A stretch of 64,000 nt of DNA from the sequence record OM782452.1; one strand, given 5' to 3'. Of this stretch, positions 17,260-30,400 are shown piece after piece. The notes beneath the pieces are model-generated. The model made no database searches, was not told the origin of the DNA, and saw nothing but the letters and a program-made list of their open reading frames with translations. Both the position numbers and the translations under genes were made by a program. Position 1 is the first letter of the stretch, and every line of letters starts with the position of its first letter. The DNA is from Pseudomonas phage vB_PaeP_TUMS_P10.

Positions 17260-19479
17260 ATGGGAATCTTCAGTGTAAAAAAGAAGGTGGTAGTGAATAC
17301 CACTGTGCAACGTGTATTCGAAGAGACATCGATTCCTGATTCCCCCAAGTCGGGGATCATTAAAGGAATCATGGCTGGTGATGATCTCGTCGAATACATG
17401 CTGGAGCAGACTTCTGGAAGTCTGGGTATCCGTGCAGATGTTGGGTACAACTGGGCAAAGTCCAATGACTACTTCTGGGGTATGCCTCAGAGCAAGATCC
17501 TCAGTGGCATTGATGCACGTCAGATCGTTGCTCAAACCATCGCCAGAAGTGAAGGTCCGATCACTACCTACTACAACAATTACGGGGCACTGAACTCCAT
17601 TCATTGGGCCTACACTGAGTGCATCCGTCTGTGGCAATGGAACCCAACCACCAACAGGCTTCCTGGTTTGGAAGCCGGGCGTGGACAGGTGTTCCTATAT
17701 GACGCAGTACCCTACTATTCTCAGGACACCCTGGATTGGAATAAGGATGTATTCACCCTTGGTTTGTTGGAGAACTGGGGCTTCAGCCCATTGTCTGGTG
17801 TGACTCCCTCTCGGCCCTACAACACAGTTGGAGGCATGGGGCAGTATGCAAACCAGAGTCCTTACAAGCAGTCCGCTGATGGGACAGACTATGTGCTGAT
17901 TACCTATGAGTGGAAAGACGCTAATGGGATTATCCAGAAGGGTACTCATCGCCTAAACATGACCATGGACCTGGAAGCTGACTACCATCAAGTTAGGTTC
18001 CGTCGTAATAACGGCACTGTAGGTTTCTTCACCTACAAGCAAGGAAGCGGTACTTACCCTGACATTGACGGTGTGTTCACCATCAAGTATGAAGCCGCTG
18101 GCACTTATTACCCATGGGCGTATTTCCACTTCAACAAGTTGCCGGCTCAGGCACAGGGTGCTAAAGCATTCTGGGACTGTAAGAAGTGGTGCCGCTATCT
18201 GGGTGCTGACTATGAGAAGTTGATGGACACCGTGCAGTTGGACCCCAACTTGCAAGATGTTCAGCAATCCATCCTGTTCATGGGAGTCAACCCAGGATCC
18301 GAAGAACAGTACGATCAGAACTATCTGTTCGAGTACTGTGCCTGGCTTTACCACAATGGAATCAGGCAACGGCAGAAAGCACAGGGTTTGCCAGACAAGT
18401 TCGGCGACTACTCCAATGCCTTGGACCAGGTGATTACCATTCAGGATAAGCACTTTGGAATGGACTTCAGTTATTCCGGTATCAAGTTCGAACGTAAGAC
18501 TGGCAAGGTAGCTCCAGTCGGGAAGTTCACAGGTAAGCAGCTGACCGCAGAGAATAGCTCTGGATTGCTGTCCACTATCCAACCTGCTTACCGGTATCAG
18601 AAGCAAGTGCTGGATGCTGTGTACGAAGAGGTGACTATCTTCAACCCTCAGTTGCACTACCGGGTTACTCATAAGAAGGGTCACGTAGCTGGTCCAGGAG
18701 CTAAGGAACTACTGTTCCCCCTGGACAAAGCTATTGTGGATCAGCTGTCTGTGAGGGGTAAGGAGAAGTTGCTCGCTCGTGCTTTGCATATGTGCGTGAA
18801 CACGTTGACCATTATCAAGGCGCCCTGGTACTCCAGTAACTTCTTCAAGATCATCCTGATTGCAGTAGCTATTGTGGTGACTGTGTTCACTCTCGGACAA
18901 GCATGGCAAACCATTATGGCAGCAGCTGCACTTGGTGCTACCGCATTGGCCATCACTGTCCTACAGATGATCGTCACTGCTATCGCTATCGACTACGGTG
19001 TGAAGTTGTTTGTGAAGACCGTAGGTGCTGAACTTGGTCTTCTGGCTGCTGTTCTCCTCATGGCTGTAAGTGCTTACGGTATGAGTACCGAAGCCACTTG
19101 GAGTGAGAACTTGATGGCCATCAGTTCGAACATGGCCAAGACTGCTTCCCAGGACTTCCAAGCTGAGATGGCTCAGCTGATGAAAGACATCTCCGCAGAG
19201 TTGGCTACTTTCGATGATATGATGGCGGAACTGGACGATACTGCTAAGGAACTTGGTTTGGGTAAAACCCCACTCCTTGGTCCGCTGGACGTAATGCACA
19301 TGTCCCCAGCAATCATCCCAGGGGAAACCCCAGGAGACTTCTTCCAGCGAACGATTCATACTGGCAACATAGGGGCGGCTAGCTTGGATGTGGCACAGCA
19401 CTTCGTTGCAACCAAGCTCACCCTCCCTGAGATCAACGAAACCATCAACGAGGTGAATGGCTATGGCGTATCCGTATAG
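17260..19479 (+). CDS. virion protein with C-terminal transmembrane helices (possible ejection/internal protein)
   Basis: 739 aa from the first ATG after GAGG (the track start at 17215 is non-ATG); hydrophobic segments IILIAVAIVVTVF and LLAAVLLMAVSAYG. Confidence 0.5.
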   Translation: MGIFSVKKKVVVNTTVQRVFEETSIPDSPKSGIIKGIMAGDDLVEYMLEQTSGSLGIRADVGYNWAKSNDYFWGMPQSKILSGIDARQIVAQTIARSEGPITTYYNNYGALNSIHWAYTECIRLWQWNPTTNRLPGLEAGRGQVFLYDAVPYYSQDTLDWNKDVFTLGLLENWGFSPLSGVTPSRPYNTVGGMGQYANQSPYKQSADGTDYVLITYEWKDANGIIQKGTHRLNMTMDLEADYHQVRFRRNNGTVGFFTYKQGSGTYPDIDGVFTIKYEAAGTYYPWAYFHFNKLPAQAQGAKAFWDCKKWCRYLGADYEKLMDTVQLDPNLQDVQQSILFMGVNPGSEEQYDQNYLFEYCAWLYHNGIRQRQKAQGLPDKFGDYSNALDQVITIQDKHFGMDFSYSGIKFERKTGKVAPVGKFTGKQLTAENSSGLLSTIQPAYRYQKQVLDAVYEEVTIFNPQLHYRVTHKKGHVAGPGAKELLFPLDKAIVDQLSVRGKEKLLARALHMCVNTLTIIKAPWYSSNFFKIILIAVAIVVTVFTLGQAWQTIMAAAALGATALAITVLQMIVTAIAIDYGVKLFVKTVGAELGLLAAVLLMAVSAYGMSTEATWSENLMAISSNMAKTASQDFQAEMAQLMKDISAELATFDDMMAELDDTAKELGLGKTPLLGPLDVMHMSPAIIPGETPGDFFQRTIHTGNIGAASLDVAQHFVATKLTLPEINETINEVNGYGVSV

Positions 19480-19933
19480 CAACAACCCCTTCGGAGTCGA
19501 GTTGGACCTGTCCACTCTTGGCTCCTTTGGTTTGGGTGGACCCCAGACCAACATTCAGATGCCGAGCATTAATGTCGGTGCTGACGCTGCTCCTGCTCAA
19601 GGTCTGGCGAATCTCATGTCTGGCTTCGGTGGGTTCTTCAACCAAGAATCCATGTTCGGGGGTGTCTCCGAATCCGGTGCCCGTACCGGTGGCTGGGTGA
19701 TGCCCGCACTCGGTATCGGTCAAGCACTCTTGGGTATGCAAGCTGGTAAACGCCAGGAGAAGTTTGCACGAGATCAGTTGGCAGAGAGCCGTCGCCAGTT
19801 CGACCTGAACTTCGGTGCTCAACGCCAATCCATCAATACCCAACTGGAGGACCGTCAACGTGCTCGGGTAGCTTCCAACCCCGGTGCGTATGAGTCCGTA
19901 GACAAGTACATGGAACGGAATCGGATTCGCTAA
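19457..19933 (+). CDS. small Gly-rich virion protein
   Basis: 158 aa; GAGGTG RBS; overlaps the upstream gene by 23 nt. Confidence 0.45.
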   Translation: MAMAYPYSNNPFGVELDLSTLGSFGLGGPQTNIQMPSINVGADAAPAQGLANLMSGFGGFFNQESMFGGVSESGARTGGWVMPALGIGQALLGMQAGKRQEKFARDQLAESRRQFDLNFGAQRQSINTQLEDRQRARVASNPGAYESVDKYMERNRIR

Positions 19934-21495
19934 TGCCGCCTATCACTTGGCGTAACATTGGAACCACGGTAAGCCCCGGCAGTGCTCGTTCGCTGACTGC
20001 CGGGACTACTGGTGTCCAATCTGCATTGGCTTCGCTCGGCGATATCATCAAGCAACAGCAAGAGATGGCCGTGGCGAATGCTGGTGTACAGCGTGAAGCC
20101 AACACGCAAAACTACCTGGACCAGGTTGCTTCGGCTGACCTGAGCCAACTCCAAGATCCTGATTTCGTCGCTGGTTTGGCGGGGCAACGTGATGCCATGG
20201 GCATGCGTTTGGACCGTGCCGCAACCCGTGATGCGATCCTCAACCGCAGGCAAGCCCTGCAAAAGGACACTGTTGCTCAACAGGCATTCGCCGATCAGCA
20301 GGCTGAAGTAGATCAGCGGGGAATCGTAGATGAACTACGGACCCTGGCTGCTCAAGGCCGTGGCCGTGATGTAGATGCCATCCTGGCTGAACGTCAGTTG
20401 ATCAACGAGGGCGAGATCCGTAAGGAACTGGCGGGTGTCCAAGACAACCTGATGCAACGTCAGTACCGGGCAGCCGGTGAACAACGTGCTCAGGCTGCTG
20501 CGGACCGTGCTGCTGAAGCTCACCAGTTGTCCATGACTGCTAGTCGGGAGAACTTGGCGTACCAGCGTGATCTGCGTCAGGACGCAGCACGCGAACGGAA
20601 TGACAACAAGCTGGCCGACAGTGCAGTAATGGAGATCTCCAACCAGTTCCGGGAAAGCCGGGAAACGGCCAATGCTCTGTTGCGGGATATCGGCAAAGAG
20701 CAGGGTCTTCCTACTGACGACACTGGTTTGCCGGATGTATCCCGTATGGATCCGGACCAAGAAGCCAGCTACCGAGAGGCAGTTCAGTCCTCTGGTTTGT
20801 CGGCCAACTTGTCGGCGACGAACGAGAAGCAAGCCTTGGTCAAGACCCTACGTGAGTCTGGTGCTTCGCCGTCTGCTATTCAGCGAGCCACGAAGCAACT
20901 GGACATCATGCAAGGCATGGATGCACTGGCACCTGAAGATGCTGTAAAGGCGGAGAACCAGGTGACTGCGGTCAATGCTGAGTTGGATCGAATCCAGAAG
21001 CAGATGACCCGCAACTACGAGACCGAGGTTGCTCGTAACCCGTTCATCGAACCGAGCAAGACTCCGCTGGAAGACGTTACGAAGACGGTGGAGAAACTGG
21101 GCAAAGCTGGTATGCCTGAATCGGAACGGCGTCTGGTTGCGGATACTCTGGTCGAATGGTCCACCAACGGTATGACTACCGATGGCGGTCAAAAGATCGT
21201 AGTTCCTTCCCAGTTGATCGCCGCTGCTGCTGCATCTACCGATGCCGATTCCTGGATCCGGAACGATGCGAAGAGTTACCTCAAGAACCTACAAAGTCTC
21301 TTGGGTAACAAGGGTATGGAGCAAATGGCCAAGGATGCAGATTCCGTGCGGTCGGACTTCCTCAAGGAGATGACCAAACTGGAAAATGACAAACTGGGTA
21401 ATGCCTATAGAGTAATCAACTCGGCAAAGGCCAAAAAGGGTGTTAGTATCAACCCCAATGACACCGTTGATCGATTGCTCAAAAGGAATTTCTGA
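19933..21495 (+). CDS. coiled-coil virion protein
   Basis: 520 aa; TAATG and TGATG start/stop overlaps with its neighbours. Confidence 0.5.
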   Translation: MPPITWRNIGTTVSPGSARSLTAGTTGVQSALASLGDIIKQQQEMAVANAGVQREANTQNYLDQVASADLSQLQDPDFVAGLAGQRDAMGMRLDRAATRDAILNRRQALQKDTVAQQAFADQQAEVDQRGIVDELRTLAAQGRGRDVDAILAERQLINEGEIRKELAGVQDNLMQRQYRAAGEQRAQAAADRAAEAHQLSMTASRENLAYQRDLRQDAARERNDNKLADSAVMEISNQFRESRETANALLRDIGKEQGLPTDDTGLPDVSRMDPDQEASYREAVQSSGLSANLSATNEKQALVKTLRESGASPSAIQRATKQLDIMQGMDALAPEDAVKAENQVTAVNAELDRIQKQMTRNYETEVARNPFIEPSKTPLEDVTKTVEKLGKAGMPESERRLVADTLVEWSTNGMTTDGGQKIVVPSQLIAAAAASTDADSWIRNDAKSYLKNLQSLLGNKGMEQMAKDADSVRSDFLKEMTKLENDKLGNAYRVINSAKAKKGVSINPNDTVDRLLKRNF

Positions 21496-24400
21496 TGGCT
21501 GACTTTGATCTCGATTCTTTCCTGGATGCGAGATTGGACGCGGAGGCTGGTACTGCACCAGCCTTCGATCCTTCTGCATTCGCTGATTTTGGCAACACCT
21601 TCCCCATGAAGGGAACCCAAAAGCAGTTCAACATCTACGAGATGGCAGAACAGAAGCGCCGGAACATCGAAGAGTCCTTGGTAGGCAAGCTGGGCATCAC
21701 TCCCGGTGCTACCGGTACTGGCCCAATCAACCTGGCTGCTTCCCTGGCTTCGGGTACTTCCCGTGTAGCCGGTCAACTGGTCAACCTGCCCCTGAACTTC
21801 GCTGCTCAGATGGGTCAAGCTGGTGTTTCCGAAGAAGCCATTCAGGCTTACAACCGGGAGATCACTGGTAACCCGCTGGAAGGTGACGATGCCATCCTGA
21901 ACCAGATCGCTGCTGGTGAAGACGGTGTTCAGCAAACCATGCGTGATCGCCTGATTGGTGTTCAGGGTCTTCGTGACGCCGGTAAGGCAGTACAGGACTT
22001 CTTCGACATCTCTTCGATTGTCGATACCACTGACCGTGACGCCATGAGTCGCGACATTGCTGAGCGTACCCAACAGGGTGTAGCTCTGCTGCGTGAATCT
22101 GGTGACCAACTGGAACGTGGTCAGATCCTGGATGCTCTGCTGTCCGGTGCTGCTGGTGCAACTCAGACCGTAGCCGGTGCTGTTGCTGGCACTGCCACCA
22201 ACCCCTCTGCTGTCACTGAGTACACCGTAGAGAACGCGCCTCAACTGGCAGCTGCTGCTGTGTCGGCACCTCTGGGTGTGGCCACCAACGTGGGCTACGC
22301 CGCTGATGAACTTCGTGAAGGCTATCGCGAATACGCTGAAGCCAACGATGGTCAACTGCCGGACCAAGAAGATCGCCTGAAGATGGGTGCCTTCGCTGCT
22401 TCCCTGGCAATGGCTGAACAAGTCGGCGACCTGAGCATGCTGCGGGGTATCCGTGGTGAGGCTGGTTTGCTCCGCTCGACTCTTTCCTCCAGTGCCCGTG
22501 AAGGTGTAACCGAAGGCTATCAAACCTACGGTGAAGCCCAGGTTCGACTGGACGATGCGAGCATCGAAGAGATCGTAGAAGGTGCAGCCATCGGTGCAGC
22601 TGTCGGTGGTTCCCTGAACATCGCTGGCCGTGCTGTACGTGGTGCATCCGGTGCCAAGTCCAAGGCTGAACAAGCCATCACTGACCGGGAAGCTGTAGCC
22701 ACTGCCCGTGAGACTGGTGACATTGCTGACCTGACCAACATCGAGTCGGAGAACTACAACCCGGCTGGTGCGGTGAGTGTGCTGCATGAGCAAGTCCTGA
22801 AGAACGACACTCCCGAAGTGCGTGAATCTGTCATTGCCCAGGCTGACACCATCGAACAGGAACTGGCTAAGCAGATCTCGGATATCGAAAGTGTCCAGGC
22901 TCTGGCCAGTGAAGAAGGTGTTGCTCGTCTGGTTGCTGCACGGGAACAACGTGAAGCTCAACTGGAACAAGCCACCCCGGAAGAGCGTACTCAGCTGGAA
23001 GCTCAGATCGAGTCGATCCGTAACCTGGAAGAAGAGGCTGCTGCCTACACTCCCGAACTGCGTGCTCAGGATGATGCAGAACTCAAGGATCTGAACCAAC
23101 GTCTGAAGGCTACTCGTGAAGCGATCCAGCGTCTGCATACCGATGCTGCGCCTACTGCTCCCGAGGTAGAAGAACTGGTTGCCCAGGCACCTACTTCTCC
23201 GGAAGCTGCTGAGCGTGTGATCACCCTGACCATGACCAACCCGGACAGTCTGAGCAACGAGCAGATTGCTTCCATAGTTTCGGACGAGTCCAATGGCTTG
23301 TCCCCGGAATACCGCACTGCACTCCGCAGCTTCGCTCAAGCCAAGGAAGCCATGGATGAACTGAAGGGTTTGTCCGGTGTTCGTACCGATATCGAAGTCG
23401 GTGGTGATGGTTTCAAGGGCATCCCTCAATACCGCAATGCTGTGCGTATGGCCCTGTCCAACGGGAACATCGAAGCTGCTACTGCTCAGGTAGACCAGCT
23501 GCGTGCCTTCGCAGATACCCGCCTGTCCAAGTTCGCTGCAATCAGCGATGCCTTCGACAAGGTGCAGGGTACCCAGGACTTCATCAACATCATCCCGAAC
23601 CAGGAAACTGGTGTGTGGGAAGTTGCTCCTGAAGGCATGACTCCCCGTCAGGTTCAGTCGGCCAAAGGGCTGCGTGTATTCGCCGGTTCTCAGAAGCTGC
23701 GTGATGCTGTAGCCATGGAAGCTACTGCCCTGGCACGTACTGCTGAATCCCTGCAAGCACTGATCAACGCCGGTCCTCTGACCAACGCTGTACAGGTTGC
23801 TCAAGAGCAAACCATTGCCCAGGAACAAGAAGTTGCTCCTGTAGCTGAAGAGGTGACCCCGGTAGCAGAGCCTACCGCTCAGGTATCCGAAGAGGCTGTT
23901 GCCCAGGAAGCTGAGACGGTCCAGGCGGAACCTGTTCCCGAGGTCGAAACTGGTGAACTGACTGCAATCCGTGAGGGTGCAGAAGTTCGTGGTAAGCCGC
24001 TGGCAAGCCAGGACTATCAGGACACCAACCTTGTTGGTGCGTTCTTCCAGCAATCGCCGGCCAAGCAAGAAGGTGACACCAAGAAGCCGCTGGCTTCGGT
24101 GAAGGACTTCGCTACTGCTGTCCGTACTGGTTCTGCCAAGCTGGCTGAGTTCGCTGGTGTTGAGTCCTTCACTGGTCAGCAACAGTCTGCCCTGAAGAAC
24201 TTCATGGGCTTCCAGCGTATGGCCAAGCCTCTGGTTGAAGCCAACCTGAAACAGTACGTCTCCAAGTCTGGCGATGCCAGCCGTTATCGTTTCCGGGACT
24301 ATGCTCAGTTCCTGGTGAACGCTGATGGCTCCCTTGATGAGAACGTCAGCACTGCTATCGCCTACGCTGCCTACGATTGGATCAACGATGCAGCTTCCAA

Positions 24401-27400
24401 CCTGGTGAACTCCGATGCAGGCATCAATGCCATTCTCGGTAAAGACGTCAGTGCCGAAGTATCTCCGGCTGCTTACGCTGCTCTGGCCACTGTTGGTGTT
24501 CGTCAGGCAACTGCTGCTGCTCAGCTGGGTGCCAAGGTACGAGAAGTCCTTGGTTTGGAAGTACTCCCCAATGCTCCTGTGAACGAGCAAGCCCGTCTCG
24601 AAGCATCCCTGGGTGAGCATGCTCTGCACCTGCTGGTGAAGAGTGGTGCTGCCAAGATCACCGCTATCAGTGATGCTCAGCTGAAGAACCTGATGGGTTC
24701 CCAGGAGAAGCCCAACGCGAAAGTCCAGCACTACTTCCTGACTCCGGTCAGCGAACGTGTGGACGGCAAGCTCCAGGCTGGTCCGCTGGCTCGCCGTGTG
24801 CGTGAAGCTACCATGGGAAGCCAGTCGATCCTGAACAAGCTGTTCGGTACGACTCCTGCCATGATCGAGCCGAGTTTCGAACCCATCGACTTCAAGCAGC
24901 GTAACGCCAAGCGTACTCAGCAGCCGATTAGTTCGGAGCAAGCACGCATCTTGGATAAGGCCGCGAAGCAAGCTCACACTCTGCGTCCTGAGATGTGGCA
25001 GGTATGGGGTAATCTCAGCCCTGAAGCTCTGGCTACCATTGCTGGTGCTGCCGATCTGGAAGGAACCAAGGTTCACAAGGCAAACCGTGCCGGTCTGCAA
25101 GCCAAGTCGGATGGACTGGTTCGCCAGATTCAGAACTTCGGTGACTTCTTCAACCGAATCAACGAAGTGTCCGATCTGGGTACTGAACAGCCTCTGTACT
25201 TCGACCGCTCTGTATGGAAGCCTCAGCGTGTTGGTTTGACCAGCAACCTGATCAACCCGCAGACCTCGAAGATCCACCGTCACATGCTGAAGATGGAAGG
25301 CTGGGAATCCGAGGTCAAACTCGATTCGAAAGCTGACCTGGACAACTTCAAGCTTCGCGTACTGGAGTCCTTCGGCAAGAAGACTGAAGCCACCAACACC
25401 GACAAGGTACTGGCCAAGTACGATGCTACTGTGAACACCCCGGCAATTCAGGGTGGTGTAGCTGCACTGGCTGAGATCCTCCGTGGTGATGCAAGCGATA
25501 CGGTCGCCAACGAATCGGCGATTCTGGCTGCTGTTGCTGAAGCTGGTGAGAACTTCTTCAGCCTGGATGGTTTGGTAGCTCTGGCTCAAGAGAAGATCGC
25601 CCGTGAAGACGGTGCTGCTTCCTTCAAGACCACTCTGCTGGGTGAAGTGGACGGCGTAACCAACGGTCCGATGCTGTCGCTGCTCATGTCCGGTGCCAAG
25701 GGTTTCGAAACCCTGAACCAGGGTGGCTTCTTTAGCCAGACCGATGGTTTCCAGCAGTTCAACGACTTCCACGCTGAAGCCGGTAACCTGGACCTGTACG
25801 AAGGCACCATCAAAGCTGTCCTGGATATCCTGGGCAACAACCCGCTGCTGTCCGCTATCGAAGCCATCACTGGTGAACTGAGCACGGATGACGGCAACGT
25901 ATCGTCCAAGGGCCGTAAGGTAATCAAGCAGCCCCTGACCGCAATGATGTTTGGTTCGAACACCAAGACTGCGGTAGACGGTATGGCTGATGGCTTCATC
26001 GAAACCATCTACAGCAAGATCGAAGACGCTGCCAATGCCAATGATCTGGACTCTCTGCGTAAGACCATCAATGCTGTAAACCAGCTGATGATCGGCACCA
26101 ATGCACAGAAGTGGCCGACCGACATGGGCTTCGAAGCTGCCCTGGATACCACCTTTGATGCCCGTCAGGTAGCTGCTCTGAAGAACAGCTTCTACCAACT
26201 GCTGGGCAAGAAAGTGGAAGAGGCACTGAACGACACTTATGCTGAGTTCATCAGCCGTCGTGATGTCATCAACAAGACCGCCAACATGGCGTTCCAGATG
26301 TACGAAGCTGCCTTCCAAGCCAAGCGTGAGCAGATGCTGAAGACTGCTGACCTGCCTCGTGGCAAGGATGGCCAGCCGTACACCGACTTGACCCGTGAGC
26401 AAATCGAGCAGATCCGCAAGGAACTGAAGCCGATGGAACCGATCCTGCACACTGCTTTCTCGAAAGCCAGTGGTGAACTGGATGCCGGTATGCTCATGGC
26501 CAAGACCCGTCGTGAACTCAACGACACTCCGCTGTACCGCAGTGAAGTTCACTTCGCTGAACCGCTGGAGTTCCTGGATAGCGACGGTCGCAAACGTGCG
26601 GTCAACTCGATGAAAGCCAGTGGCATGACCACGGTCAACGAAGGTCCGGGTGTAGCTCCGTTCATCACGGCTACCCACGCACTGGACTCCTTCATCAGCC
26701 ACAATGCCTTGGATGGTGCCAGCGTCCTGAACATCCACGATGCTCACGGTACTGGTTTGTCCGACATGGCAGAAGCTGGCCGCCGTCTGAACGAAGCTAC
26801 CTTCAAGGCTATGCTGGGTTACTCGGCTGCAAGCGAGATGGTTGACACCTTCGAACGTACTCTGGCTGGCTTCAACAATCTGATGACCGATCCCGAAGCT
26901 GCTGCTGTCATGGCTCCCATGATGCAGAAGTACCTGGAAAGCCAGAAGGCTACTGTTGGCCAACAGCTGGAAGCGATCCGCCGTGTGGCTGAAGCCGCTG
27001 ACACCGACAAGCTCACCATGCTGAGCGAGATGGCTGCCGTCGGCCAGTACGCTACCGAAGGTGGTAGCTACCTGGTAACCGATGCTGACCGCAAGGCTGC
27101 TCAGGATGCCCTGAAACAGGTAGGCAAGTTCAACGAGGAAGCCGAGATCTGGGCTGAGAACGTTGATGCCAATCTGGAAGTCATGGCTTCGGAAGCCAAG
27201 GCAGGTAAGGCCAAGCCTCTGTCTTCGGATTCCGTCCAGACTCTGGCTCCGGCTACCAGCCTGAACACCATGGACCGCGTTATCCGCGAATCCAATGGCC
27301 AGCTGCGGGAAGACCTCCAGCAGGTAGCTTCGGTCATGGAAAACCAGAACATTCCTCTGGCTTCGGCCAAAGAAGTTCTTCCGGAAGACCGTGCAGCTGC

Positions 27401-30400
27401 TGTGGTGGCCACCATCAATGAAAGCACCCGTAGCCTGAAGTCGGTATGGGGCGAACTCGGTCAGGCTGTAACTCCTTCGGAGCAAGACCTCGTTGAGTTC
27501 CTGTCGAGCGAAGGTGTGACTGCACGCAACCTGTCCCAGTACCTGGAGCAACGTACCCAGGATGGCTTCACCAAGAAGCTACTGGCTGCCCTGAGCCGAC
27601 TGACCCGTGAAGATCTGCCGGTGATTATAGTCACCCCCCAGACCGGTCCGGACGGTGCGCTGGGAGAAGGCGTGAGCAAAGCACGCGGTTGGTATGCAAG
27701 TAAGGGCAACTTCGACGCTATCTACGTCAAGTCCCCTGACTTCGTGGAGTCGGGTATCACTGAAGAGTTTCTGGTTCATGAACTGCTCCATACCGTTACT
27801 GGTCGGGTGATTCAACGTGAACTGGATGCCAAGGCCAAAGACCCGAGCCACAACACTGCTGCAAGCCGCATGGTTGACGAACTGGAAGAGATTCGTTCGA
27901 AGGCTCAGGACTTCCTGAATGCCAATGGAACTCTGTCTTCGAAGTACGCCAATGCTGTGCAGGACGTACACGAACTGGTTTCCTGGGGTATGACCAACAA
28001 GGGTTTCCAAGAGGAAGTTCTGAAGGGTCTGGAACTCCCGGCCAAGGGACGTGACAAGGGCTTCACTGCTGGTCTGCGTCGCTTCATCAGTGCCCTTACT
28101 GGTTTGGTCTTCCGTGGTGAGAACACCCCGTCGAATCAGAACGCCATGGGTCTGCTTATCAGCAATACCGCTGGTTTGTTCGCCGAAGCTCAAGCCATGA
28201 TGGCCAAGAAGGACACCATGACTCTGCGTTACGAAGATGCCGTAGACAGCGTGAACCGCATGTCCACCAAGCAAATCTTCAATGCACTGGCTTCGAACCG
28301 GGACAGCAGTGTTGCTCACCAGAACCGTCTGGCTGATGCCCTGGACAACATTGTTGCGGCCCTACATGGACCGATGGGTGCCCTGCGTACTCGCGTCATG
28401 GAAGGCCAGGCTCTGACCAACACCGATGTTGTGATCAAAGCCATGAACACCAACACCATGCCGTTTGCATCGGAAGCTCTGTCGTCCGCCTTCGTGGTCA
28501 GCGATCAAGAAGCCTTCGTGCTGGAGCAGGTAGAGGCCACCATCGACACCGCTCTGAACGGTAACGAGGGTCTGTTCATCCGTGGTTCTCTGGAGAACCT
28601 GTGGCGTGAGGCTCGCGATACCCTGTCGGCTCGTGACTTCCACCAGGGTGACTGGACTCAAGCCAGCCAGCAGGAGAAGGCCATTGCTCAAGAGAAGTAC
28701 GACTTCCTGTTCAAGGTCCAGGCATCTGCTGCTGGTAAGAACAGCTTCCTGGCTCGCTTTGCTGGTTTGGCCATCGGCAGTGAAGAAGTGTTCAATGCCC
28801 TGGGCTTCCGATCGAAGAGCACTGAGCGTGCGCTTGCTGGCATGACCCTAAGCCAGAAGGTGATGGAACTGTTCCGTCGTCTGCTGACCCGTCTGGGCCG
28901 TCTGCACGACAAGACCTCTCCGGGTGAACTGGCGAACAACCGCTTGGTTACCCTGCTGGATCGTCTGGTCGATATCGAGGCTAAGCGTCGTGGTCGGTTT
29001 GCCGAGCGCAAGCTGGGTGCCCTGGATCAAGTCGAACAAGCCATGGGTAACATGGGTGAGTCCCTGCGGAACACCATAGAGCAAGCCTCGCAGAGCACCT
29101 TCTTCACGAACAACAACAGCCCGTTCATCCGTGCTGCTGGTTCGCTGATTGAGACGACCATGGCTGGTCGTGTGGATGGTGTACTGGAAGGCATCAGCCG
29201 ACTGCGTGACGATGCATTCCGTAAGCCGCGTGGTGTGCTTATGGGTGTGCTGGATGAGATGCGTGGCGTCACCGATCTGATGACTGCTGCACACAGCCTG
29301 TTCAAGCAAGCCAAGTCCAACGAGATGGAGCGTAAGCAGCACATCGAGTACACCGTTGCTCAGGTGAACGCTTCCTTCAAGGATGGCGGTGAGTACCTGA
29401 CCAACAAGGACAAGGCTGCACTGACCAAGGTATTCCTGCGGACCAACATGTCTGCACTGCTGGATACCTATGGTTTCGACGGTCTGCGTCAACTGCTGAA
29501 CAACGACAGTGAACTGCGTAAAGAGCGCAGCCAGCTGGAGACTCAGTTGCTTGGTTTGAAGAACGGTGCCTACTACCTTCGCTCGGTGAAGGATCTAGCC
29601 TACAACCGTGCTATCGGCGGTAACGTAAGCCCGAACCTGATGCTGAACACTCAGAACATTGCTGATCTGATTGGGACCAAGAAGGCTCTGTCGGTCAGCA
29701 AGTCTGAAGCCAAGGCTGCCAAGGAAGTAATGGATCTCCTGTTGCCGATGTTTACCTTCGAGTACACCAGTCATGAAGACAAGGTTGCTGCTCGTGAGGT
29801 TCTGCGTACTGAAGCTGCACGCGGAAAGGACAACGGCGTAGAGATGATCCTGAAGCTGCACAAAGGTCTGCAAGATCGTTCGAAGTCCTTCCTGTTCGAA
29901 GGTACTGAGCGTCTGATGATCGATGGCTACACCCCTGACATCTTCGACAACAAGATCGAAGTGCTGGCAGTGGATGCAACCGATCTGGACTACTTCCTGA
30001 AGCGTGGTTACACCCGTGCAGGTAACGTCCAAGAAGACAAAGCAGCTGGTCTGTCCGCTGGTAAGGTACTGGTATCCCGCCGTGGTAGTGGTCAGGTAGG
30101 TTTGCTGACTGGTGCTATGAGCTACACCGGTATGCAAGCCAAGGGTTCCCGTGTTGAGCGCTCTGCTGTGAACATGCTGAGCAACAATCCGGGTACTGCG
30201 AAGAACACCATCGGAACCATCCGCAAGAACATTGCAGACTCGGTTGATGAGATGTTCACCACCGATGCTACCTACGATCCGCGTAAAGCACAGGCACAAC
30301 GTGTTGCTCCTGTACTGGATCCGAATGGAATCATTGTTGATTACCGGTACATGATGACTGAGCACAACCGTGACAGTCTCCTGAACCGCGACAACTCCAT

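Noticed and set aside
21405-27551. 2048-aa minus-strand ORF antisense to the vRNAP gene
   Set aside because: Low-complexity S/G/L/T-rich translation typical of the antisense strand of GC-rich coding DNA. The plus-strand frame carries recognisable RNAP motifs and operon continuity.
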